This document shows, piece after piece, positions 39,106 through 46,760 of a DNA stretch of 64,000 nucleotides. The notes below the pieces were generated by a model. That model saw only the letters and a program-made list of their open reading frames with translations. It did not search any database and was not told the origin of the DNA. The position numbers were made by a program, and so were the translations under genes. The stretch lies in NCBI GenBank assembly GCA_018304295.1, contig JAGVWK010000001.1, positions 11,134 to 75,133 of the forward strand. The letters run 5' to 3'. Each line of letters opens with the position of its first letter. Position 1 is the first letter of the stretch. The stretch is from Candidatus Micrarchaeota archaeon. GTDB taxonomy: Archaea > Micrarchaeota > Micrarchaeia > Anstonellales > Anstonellaceae.

Positions 39106-39744
39106 CTATGCTGTTTGCCCGATATTAAAGCCAGTTTCATCAAAATCAATTAGCAGGTGTGAGTGGCACGCGTTACGCAGTTCAATTGAACTTCCAGAAT
39201 AGGTGTGAAGATTAACCGTTTTTAACCCGTATTTTTTGATGAGGTTTATTGCAGGCACAAAATCGGCATCGCCAGACAGGAGTATTATGGTTTCTGCGTT
39301 TTTTGCCATTGCCTCTTCTATGGCATCCGCAACAAGCAGCACATCAATGCCTTTTTCTTTTGTAAGTCGGATGAGCTTGAGGTCAAGCAGGAAGTTTTTG
39401 AGCTTTGCTTTGCAGGTGTCCACAATGCCAATCCTGCTTGCGGATTCTTCTATTTGCTCGTTTGTGATATTGACGAGGTAGCGCAATTTCCTTGTTTTTA
39501 TCGTTATTTTTGGATGGCTTTTCCTAAGCCGCTGGGGAAAACTCTGCTGCCGCGAATATCCGATTTGGTCTTTCTCGGAATTTTTAAGCGCGTCATAATA
39601 GTGGATTTTAACAAGCTCGTAGCGGTTTGAAAGCAATCCAAAAAGTTTCCCAAATTCCTCGGCATCAAAGGGAAGCCGCCCTTCATGCTTTAGGGAATGG
39701 TAAAAATTTGAGCCGTCTATCATGAGAATTGCAGAAGGAGGCAT
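39106..39744 (-). CDS. NYN/LabA-family PIN-like nuclease
   Basis: IDGSNFY, EKGIDVLL..D and LSGDADF.P motifs. Confidence 0.88.
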   Translation of the reverse strand: MPPSAILMIDGSNFYHSLKHEGRLPFDAEEFGKLFGLLSNRYELVKIHYYDALKNSEKDQIGYSRQQSFPQRLRKSHPKITIKTRKLRYLVNITNEQIEESASRIGIVDTCKAKLKNFLLDLKLIRLTKEKGIDVLLVADAIEEAMAKNAETIILLSGDADFVPAINLIKKYGLKTVNLHTYSGSSIELRNACHSHLLIDFDETGFNIGQTA

Positions 39745-39902
39745 AGTATCACAAATATTAGCCCGTGTTTGCAGCAAGCCTAAGCCAGCCGCAACCACGG
39801 GGAAGCAATGCTAATTTTGGGGTAAGAGGGATTTATATTGGCTTCGGTAAAAAGCCACTGGAAAGTAGGTTTCACAACATGTTTACTGTTGCAGCGCCCG
39901 AA

Positions 39903-39999
39903 TTATAGCAAGCCCCATAAATAATTCGGCTTGCAACTAGCAAACCCGCGTCGCATTTTGGAGCACTGCGTGTTGAATTACTATGCGGGTTTGCTATAA
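39903..39999. mobile_element. MITE-like element with ~28-bp imperfect terminal inverted repeats
   Basis: TTATAGCAAGCCCCATAAATAATTCGGC versus the reverse complement of the right end, TTATAGCAAACCCGCATAGTAATTCAAC. Confidence 0.55.
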
Positions 40000-40085
40000 C
40001 GAGACGAGAGATGCAACGAAGAAAGATATTTCAAAGCCCGCACCTGAAAAGTTAGTTATATAAACCTTTTTTCCTTAACAAGTAA

Positions 40086-40144
40086 GCCCGAAAGGGCGTG
40101 GGAGGTGGAGGAGGAGCCCCTCGGGGTGTACCGTCCTCACCTTC
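40086..40144 (+). promoter_or_regulatory. Structured 5' leader downstream of TATA (TTATATAAA 40056-40064)
   Basis: GCCC-GAAA-GGGC hairpin plus a long GAGGTGGAGGA/TCCTCACCTT stem capped by CCCC/GGGG. Confidence 0.45.
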
Positions 40145-40171
40145 ATATTTCTCTTTGGGATTGGTGGTTCA

Positions 40172-40540
40172 ATGAATCTTTGGGATTATCAGTTTAGCAA
40201 TGCGCCTAGCGCACAGGTGCCGCAAAAGCGGGTTCCTTTTAGGAAAATGCTCTGCATGGCACACGACATATTTAAAGGACAGGACAGCCTTGCGTTGCAA
40301 AAGCTATCTGAAAGCAGAAGCTACAAAAGCCAAAGGAGATGGGCAAGCTGCGTGCGCAGCTCAACCGCTGCGCGGGAGATGTTGTTGGCTGAACGCGTTA
40401 CAAACGGCAGGGCAAGGAAGGACCTTGCGCAAAAAATCACTTCAGAAGATGATGCAAGGAAGATTGTTTCAGTGCTTGGGCAAAACGGCGTGCAGGACGA
40501 TGGGATTGTTTCCTACCTGAAGGAAAAGTTCAAGTTGTAA
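40172..40540 (+). CDS. Hypothetical protein
   Basis: 122-aa ORF with a GGTGG RBS and an upstream TATA box. Confidence 0.6.
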   Translation: MNLWDYQFSNAPSAQVPQKRVPFRKMLCMAHDIFKGQDSLALQKLSESRSYKSQRRWASCVRSSTAAREMLLAERVTNGRARKDLAQKITSEDDARKIVSVLGQNGVQDDGIVSYLKEKFKL

Positions 40541-40590
40541 TCATCTTTTTATATTTAGCAGCAGATGTAGGTGGCATAGGAGGCTTTTGT

Positions 40591-41643
40591 ATGCTGCTTA
40601 CACCCGGACCAGTCGCAGTGCCGCAAGAGATAAGGGACGCGCAGGCAAAAGAGATGATATATCATCGCGGCCCTGAAATGAAGGAACTCCTCAAGGATGT
40701 TGCAACAAAGCTGAAGGCTGATTTTAATGCTGAGAATTTTTACATCGTAACAGGCTCAGGGACCGCAGGAATAGAAATGTGCGTTGCAAACTGCGTAAAG
40801 CCGCAGGAGAATGTGCTTGTGCTCTCAAACGGGACTTTCGGGGACAAGCTTGCAAATTGCGCTGAAATTTACGGGAAAGTGCAAAAAGTTTCGCAGCCCC
40901 TTGGAAAGGGCTGGAGCCTTGAGAGGGCAAAGGAGGCAATTGACAATAGCAATGCAACCGTGCTTGCAATGGTGTACAACGAGACAAGCACTGGAGTGCT
41001 AAACGATGCAAAGGGGATTTGCAATTACGCGAAAAAGAAGGGCATGCTCACAATAGTGGATGCGGTTTCTGCATGGGCTGCCGCTCCACTTGATTGCAGG
41101 GAATTTGGCATTGATGCCGTTGCAAGCGGCTCGCAAAAGGCAATAGGCTGCCCGCCCGGGCTTTCTTTTGTTGCAATGGGAAATGAGGCGGTTGAAAAGG
41201 CACAGTCGCATGCGGCGCGCACTTTTTACCTTGATGTGCGCAAATACAAGAAGGAAATGGAAACGTTCCAGACGCCCACAACGCCCGCTGTTTCGCTTTT
41301 GTATGCGGTGCAGGCTGCGCTTGGGGTTATAGAAAAAAAGGGAGGGTTTGCAGCCCACCGCAAAAGGCACGAGGAGGGGGCGGCATACTCAAGGGAATTT
41401 GTAAAAAGCCTTGAAAGGGAAGTGTTTGCGCAAAGTGGATTTTACTCCCCGACAATTACGGGGTTTATTCTTGAAAATGCGGATGAAGTGCGCAAAACCC
41501 TCAAGGAAAAATACGGGCTTGTTACTGCGCGGGACTTTGGGGAGCTTAGGGGAAGGTTTTTCCGCGTGTGCCACATAGGGCATTTCACAAAAGAGGAGCT
41601 GGATGTTGCTTTTGGCTATATAAGGGAAGTTCTGGGCAAATAA
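40591..41643 (+). CDS. Class V PLP aminotransferase (archaeal phosphoserine/serine-pyruvate type)
   Basis: LLTPGP, HR, NETSTG, DAVS and SQKA (PLP Lys) motifs. Confidence 0.9.
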   Translation: MLLTPGPVAVPQEIRDAQAKEMIYHRGPEMKELLKDVATKLKADFNAENFYIVTGSGTAGIEMCVANCVKPQENVLVLSNGTFGDKLANCAEIYGKVQKVSQPLGKGWSLERAKEAIDNSNATVLAMVYNETSTGVLNDAKGICNYAKKKGMLTIVDAVSAWAAAPLDCREFGIDAVASGSQKAIGCPPGLSFVAMGNEAVEKAQSHAARTFYLDVRKYKKEMETFQTPTTPAVSLLYAVQAALGVIEKKGGFAAHRKRHEEGAAYSREFVKSLEREVFAQSGFYSPTITGFILENADEVRKTLKEKYGLVTARDFGELRGRFFRVCHIGHFTKEELDVAFGYIREVLGK

Positions 41644-41653
41644 AGGTGGGAAA

Positions 41654-42538
41654 ATGAAAATAGTGATAGCAGAGAACATGGACGGGGAAGTTGTTGCTGA
41701 GATAAGCAGGCTTGGGGAAGTAGTGTATAGGCCGCATGATTTGAACCTTGCGCTTGCGTCTGCGGACGTGCTGGTGGTGCGCTCCGCAACAAAAGTAACA
41801 GCTGAGCTTCTCAAAAATGCGCCAAAGCTGCGGATAGTCGCGCGGGGGGGCGTGGGGCTTGATACAATAGACACAAAGGAATGCGAGAGGAGAAAGATAA
41901 CGGTTGTGAATACGCCCGGTGCCTCAAGCAACGCGGTTGCAGAGCTTGCGCTTGGGCTCATGTTTTCCCTTGCAAGGCAGTTGGCGCGCGCGGATTCGCT
42001 CATGCGCCAGAAAACGTGGGCAAAAAAAGAGCTTGCGGGAAGCGAGCTTGCAGGCAAAACCCTTGGGATAATAGGGTTTGGCAGGATTGGCTCGCTCGTG
42101 GGCAAAAAGGCGCATGCGCTTGGCATGAAGATAATATATTACAATGAAGTGGAGGCAAAAGCGGATTATGAAGCCCGCAGCGACACCCTTGAGAACGTGC
42201 TCAGGCAGTCGGAATTTGTAACATTGCACGTGCCTTCCACCCCTAGCACAAAGGGAATGCTCAATGCGCAAAGGCTCGCCCTTATGAAGGCGGGCGCATA
42301 CCTCATAAATACCGCGCGCGGGGATATTATGGACGAGGAGGCGCTTTATGCGGCGCTTAAGGGCGGAAAGCTTGCGGGGGCGGCTCTTGACGTATATTCC
42401 ACTGAGCCGTATTCCGGAAAACTCCTTGAGCTGCAAAACGTGGTTTTCACTCCTCACATAGGCGCAGGGACAAAGGAGGCGCAGCTTAGGATAGGCGGGG
42501 AGCTTGTGAAAAAGTTAAAAGAACTGCTTGCAAAATAG
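41654..42538 (+). CDS. serA: D-3-phosphoglycerate dehydrogenase-like 2-hydroxyacid dehydrogenase
   Basis: VRSATKV, RGGVGLD, GFGRIG, NTARG and TPHIGAGT.EAQ motifs. No ACT domain. Confidence 0.85.
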   Translation: MKIVIAENMDGEVVAEISRLGEVVYRPHDLNLALASADVLVVRSATKVTAELLKNAPKLRIVARGGVGLDTIDTKECERRKITVVNTPGASSNAVAELALGLMFSLARQLARADSLMRQKTWAKKELAGSELAGKTLGIIGFGRIGSLVGKKAHALGMKIIYYNEVEAKADYEARSDTLENVLRQSEFVTLHVPSTPSTKGMLNAQRLALMKAGAYLINTARGDIMDEEALYAALKGGKLAGAALDVYSTEPYSGKLLELQNVVFTPHIGAGTKEAQLRIGGELVKKLKELLAK

Positions 42539-42549
42539 GCTTTGATAGC

Positions 42550-43815
42550 ATGATTTCAATAAAACTTCTCAGGGAGCAGCCTGATGTGCTGCGCGCTGCG
42601 CTTGCAAAGCGCAATGCGGATGCCGCCGCCGTTGACAAGCTGCTTTCGCTGGATGCGGACTGGAGAGTAGTTAAGGCAAAGGCAGACACTTTCAAGGCGG
42701 AGCGCAATAAGCATTCAGTTGAGATATCAGAAGGTAAAAAGAAAGGGGAGGACGTTTCCCAGATAATAGCAAAAATGCAGGAGATTTCAGCGAAAATAAA
42801 GGGGCTTGACGAGCAGGTGGCGTTCCTTGATGAGCAGATGCAGGCGATGCTGCTTGTGCTGCCAAACATGCCCCATGAGAGCGTTCCGGTCGGGGAGGAT
42901 GAGAGCGCCAACGTGCAGGTGAAAACGCACGCAGAGCCTGCTCAAATAAAAGAGCCGCTTGCGCACTATGAGATTGCGCAAAAGGCGGGCATTATTGATT
43001 TTGAAAGGGGCGCAAAAGTAGCGGGGCACAGGTTTGTTTTCCTTCGTGGAATTGCGGCAAGGATGGAGCGCGCGCTTGTATCCTTTATGATGGATGAGCA
43101 CGTGAAAAAAGGGTACGCTGAAATATACCCCCCGCTTCTTGTTAACACAAAGGCAATGCTGGGAACAGGGCAGCTGCCGAAATTTGCCGAGGAGCTTTAC
43201 AAGTGCGAAAAAGACGAGCTTTACCTGATACCGACTTCCGAGGTCCCCCTGACGAATTATTTTGCAGGGGAAATATTGCAAAAAGAAGAGCTGCCAGTGA
43301 AATTCTGCGCATATTCGCCCTGCTTTCGCAGGGAGGCGGGCGCATACCAAAAAGACATAAAGGGCATAATGCGCCAGCACCAGTTCAGCAAGGTTGAGCT
43401 TGTGAAATTCTGCGAGCCGCAAAATTCGTTTGATGAGCTTGAGAAAATGACGGAAGACGCGGAGCACATATTGGAGAAGCTTGGCTTGCCATACAGGAGG
43501 ATGCTTCTTTGCAGCGGGGACATGGGGTTTGCGGCTGCAAAAACGTATGATATAGAGGTGTGGCTGCCCTCACAGGGAAAATACAGGGAAATTTCCTCAT
43601 GCTCAAACTGCATGGACTTTCAGGCAAAAAGGGCGAACATACGCTACTGGGAAGGCGGAAAGCCGGAATTTTTGCACACGCTTAATGGCAGCGGGCTCGC
43701 GGTTGGAAGGACGATGATTGCGATACTTGAGAATTATCAGGATGAAAACGGCGTACGGATGCCCAAAGCCCTGCAAAAATATTTGGGAGAAGAAAGAATT
43801 GAATACCCTAAATAG
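42550..43815 (+). CDS. serS: Seryl-tRNA synthetase
   Basis: PTSEVP, FRREAG, RQHQFSKVE, EISSCSNC and HTLNGSGLA motifs. Confidence 0.97.
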   Translation: MISIKLLREQPDVLRAALAKRNADAAAVDKLLSLDADWRVVKAKADTFKAERNKHSVEISEGKKKGEDVSQIIAKMQEISAKIKGLDEQVAFLDEQMQAMLLVLPNMPHESVPVGEDESANVQVKTHAEPAQIKEPLAHYEIAQKAGIIDFERGAKVAGHRFVFLRGIAARMERALVSFMMDEHVKKGYAEIYPPLLVNTKAMLGTGQLPKFAEELYKCEKDELYLIPTSEVPLTNYFAGEILQKEELPVKFCAYSPCFRREAGAYQKDIKGIMRQHQFSKVELVKFCEPQNSFDELEKMTEDAEHILEKLGLPYRRMLLCSGDMGFAAAKTYDIEVWLPSQGKYREISSCSNCMDFQAKRANIRYWEGGKPEFLHTLNGSGLAVGRTMIAILENYQDENGVRMPKALQKYLGEERIEYPK

Positions 43816-43865
43816 GCAATTCTAAATGGATGCGCTTTTTCTAAATGGGCACTTTTCTAAATGGA
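43808..43865. repeat. Four imperfect CTAAAT(A/G)G repeats between convergent serS and mre11
   Basis: Copies at 43808, 43822, 43841 and 43857. Confidence 0.6.
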
Positions 43866-45062
43866 ACGCATTCTTTGCTCTTTTATCCTTTTCACGAATT
43901 CCTCCGCGTCTTCCTGAAGGAGCATGAAAGTTTCCTCGTCCGCAAAGTGCGCTATTTTTGCATCGTTTAGCCGCTCGCGCAAAAGCTTGAGCCCGTATTC
44001 CGAAGCTGAGAGCTTTTCATCGTGCCTTGAGCGTATGCTTTGCAGCTTTTCCTTTAAGTCCCCGCTGGAGAATGCTGTTTCAATGAAGACGTTTTTCCCG
44101 TATGCGCCAGCGCGCAAGTCCGAGGGGCTTAAGCCGTTTGAAAGCGTGCCTGAGATTTTTATTTTTATTATTGGAGAGCCGGGTGCGTTAGAGACAGGTG
44201 CGCCAATTGCATTTAATTCCGCTTCAATTGCGCCTTTTATTGCATGCGCATCCGCATTTTCCACAGTTATTTTGCGCAGGATGAATTTGCGCGAGCCTAT
44301 TGGGACAAACTGCGCTTCTTTTTTTTCGGTATCGTAGAGCACAAAGCCCTTTTCTTCCTGCTCCTCCTCGCGCAGCTGCGTTACCACGGTGCTTCCGGGG
44401 ATTATTATTGAATTGTTTTTCAAGAACGAGCGCTTGTGCAAATGCCCGCACACGTGCAAATCATACCCTGCTGGCAAATCCTCAAGGGAAAGCATCTCCT
44501 CCCCTGAAGGGATGAACTCTGAAAAAGACTGGTGAAGCATAAATACGTTGAATGCGCCCTGCAATGGGGCGCACTGCATATTTTCAAGGGCTGCCTTTGC
44601 CAAGTCGTCAGGAACGCCCCCTATGCCGCTTATTGCGGCTTTTTCGCCCCCCTTTTCAAAAACGAGCGTTTTATTGTGTGCATCCATGAGCAGCCCGGCC
44701 GCCTCCATAAGCTGGATGGGGTTTACAAGCTCGCGGGGACGGCGCTCATGCGTGCCGTGTATTGCAACTATCGGAGGCAATACTGCGGGCGCTTCTTTTT
44801 CCGCGCTTTGGGGCTTGCTGCCTATTGCAACCTGTTTTGCGCATGCTTTGCAGTTCATTATTTTCCCGGCTTCCACTAGTATTTGGGCAACCTGCGCGAT
44901 TGTTTCGGGCTTTGGAACCCGCACGTCAAATATGTCCCCGGGAAGAAGAAGCAGGTCGCATTTTTTGGCAGCCTCAAGGATTGCCCTTTTGCCCTGTTCG
45001 TGCGCATCCTCTTCAAAGCGCGAAAACCCGAAATGCGTGTCTGAAACTATCCCTATTATCAT
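43857..45062 (-). CDS. mre11: Mre11-like DNA repair exonuclease
   Basis: SDTHFG, GDIFD, HGTHE, LHQ and GHLH phosphoesterase motifs. Confidence 0.85.
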   Translation of the reverse strand: MIIGIVSDTHFGFSRFEEDAHEQGKRAILEAAKKCDLLLLPGDIFDVRVPKPETIAQVAQILVEAGKIMNCKACAKQVAIGSKPQSAEKEAPAVLPPIVAIHGTHERRPRELVNPIQLMEAAGLLMDAHNKTLVFEKGGEKAAISGIGGVPDDLAKAALENMQCAPLQGAFNVFMLHQSFSEFIPSGEEMLSLEDLPAGYDLHVCGHLHKRSFLKNNSIIIPGSTVVTQLREEEQEEKGFVLYDTEKKEAQFVPIGSRKFILRKITVENADAHAIKGAIEAELNAIGAPVSNAPGSPIIKIKISGTLSNGLSPSDLRAGAYGKNVFIETAFSSGDLKEKLQSIRSRHDEKLSASEYGLKLLRERLNDAKIAHFADEETFMLLQEDAEEFVKRIKEQRMRSI

Positions 45063-45148
45063 CAAAGCACCGCCACAAGAATGCTGCAAAGCGCTGCCTG
45101 CGCCGAAGGCAAAGGCAGGTTTATAAGCAAAAACACGCTTATAATTGC

Positions 45149-45223
45149 ATGGTTGACAAGCTTGTGTTTGCAGGGGTTCTTATTGCGGCGATTGTTGCGC
45201 TAGTGTATTTTCTTACAAGATAA
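45149..45223 (+). CDS. 24-aa single-TM microprotein
   Basis: MVDKLVFAGVLIAAIVALVYFLTR*. TTTATAA lies about 25 nt upstream (leaderless spacing). Confidence 0.5.
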   Translation: MVDKLVFAGVLIAAIVALVYFLTR

Positions 45224-45362
45224 GCCTCTTTTTGCCACAGATATTTGGCAAACATTTATAAAGGGGTTCATGGCATAATAAAAGAATCTTTTTAAAACTT
45301 TGTAACATTGGATAGCTTTTTTGCTTCAGTCCAAATGCTACAGAAAAATAGAGGGGTTTTTT

Positions 45363-46268
45363 ATGGCAGACAAATGCCCAGAGTGCGGAAATAAAAAATT
45401 GACAAGGGACTATGAAAAGGGCGAGGTAGTGTGCTCAAACTGTGGCCTTATAGTCGCGGAGAACATGGAGGACAGCGGTCCTGAGTGGCGCGCATTTGAC
45501 TCAGAACAGCGCGAAAAGCGCGCAAGAGGCGGCGCCCCAATAAAGCTCATGAGGCCAAACAAGGGGCTTGTTACTGAAATTGACCAATACAACCGTGACA
45601 TACGCGGGGCAAAAATATCGCCCAAAAAGCAGGCGCAGCTTTACAGGATGCGCAAATGGCACAAAAGGGCGTCCATTGCGTCCTCAATGGAGCGCAACCT
45701 TGCAATTGCGCTTTCAGAGCTTGACAGGATTGCATCATACCTTGGATTGCCTGACTCCATAAGGGAGAGCGCTGCGCTTCTTTACCGCAAATGCATAAAG
45801 GCGGAGCTAATACGCGGAAGGCTCATTGAGAGCGTTGTGTCCGCGGTGATATATGCAACGTGCAGGATGCAGGGCATTCCGCGCACGCTGGATGAGATTT
45901 CACGCGTATCAGGGATTGAGAAAAAGGAAATCGGGCGCGCATACCGCTTTGTGCGCCGCGAGCTTGACATTGACGTGCCCCTCACAGACCCGGGGCAATA
46001 CGTGCCCAAATTCACTGCGGCATTGAAGCTTTCAGGGCAGGTGCAGGAAAAGGCAATACAGCTCCTTAAGAAGGCAATAAGCAAGGGGCTTATCTCAGGC
46101 AGGGGGCCAACGGGCGTTGCTGCTGCGGCAGTGTACATTGCATCTGCGATATACGGCGAGAGGCGCACGCAAAAAGAGGTTGCGGACGTTGCAGGCGTTA
46201 CAGAGGTAACGATACGCAACCGCTACCGCGAGCTCAAAAAAGAGCTTGGGCTAAAAGTTGCGCTCTAG
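45363..46268 (+). CDS. tfb: Transcription initiation factor IIB
   Basis: CPECG Zn ribbon, GPEWRAF, two cyclin repeats and VTEVTIRNRY. Confidence 0.97.
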   Translation: MADKCPECGNKKLTRDYEKGEVVCSNCGLIVAENMEDSGPEWRAFDSEQREKRARGGAPIKLMRPNKGLVTEIDQYNRDIRGAKISPKKQAQLYRMRKWHKRASIASSMERNLAIALSELDRIASYLGLPDSIRESAALLYRKCIKAELIRGRLIESVVSAVIYATCRMQGIPRTLDEISRVSGIEKKEIGRAYRFVRRELDIDVPLTDPGQYVPKFTAALKLSGQVQEKAIQLLKKAISKGLISGRGPTGVAAAAVYIASAIYGERRTQKEVADVAGVTEVTIRNRYRELKKELGLKVAL

Positions 46269-46710
46269 AAAAAAAGGCGATGAAGTGCCAAGAAGTAAAA
46301 AGGAAACTGAAAAGCCTTCTCCGATGGAGCTGGCACAGTATTCAATGGCGCGAGCTAATACGCTTCTTTTGACGGGCAGTATTTTTGTTTTGGCTTTTGT
46401 GACAGCATTGCCTATGAAGGACGAATCGCCTGCTATTGTTTTTTTCTTAGCTGGGTTTTTGGCGGTTGGTTTGTTTTGCATTTTTATTGGGCTTAAACAG
46501 TTTTTTGCTGCGGACAAGATTTTTAGGAGCGAAATGAAAAGGAACAGTCTCATTGACGTAGTAATAGTTTTTGGGTCATGGTTAATCATAACAGTTATTG
46601 CGGTGCAAATTCTTTATTCACCATCGAATATCTTTGCATTGCTTGGCTGCCTCGTAGGCGCAGCACTAATCGTAGGAGCAAAAATAAGGGTAGACGGCAA
46701 AATAGATTGA
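46258..46710 (+). CDS. Hypothetical membrane protein (AT-rich)
   Basis: Four TM segments. Codon usage differs from the flanking genes. Start uncertain. Confidence 0.55.
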   Translation: MRSRKKGDEVPRSKKETEKPSPMELAQYSMARANTLLLTGSIFVLAFVTALPMKDESPAIVFFLAGFLAVGLFCIFIGLKQFFAADKIFRSEMKRNSLIDVVIVFGSWLIITVIAVQILYSPSNIFALLGCLVGAALIVGAKIRVDGKID

Positions 46711-46760
46711 TGCTGCCTTTCGTGACTTCTATTTTTATTCCTTGCCAGTGAAACCACCTT

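Noticed and set aside
39903-39999. Integron attC site
   Set aside because: The ends are in the reverse arrangement from RYYYAAC...GTTRRRY, and there is no integrase or cassette array.
43808-43865. Mini CRISPR array
   Set aside because: The repeats are only about 9 bp with 5-10 bp spacing, and no cas genes are present.
45234-45249. GCCACAGATATTTGGC as an NrdR box before tfb
   Set aside because: It is a single weak palindrome, not a tandem pair, and not upstream of a nucleotide-metabolism gene.
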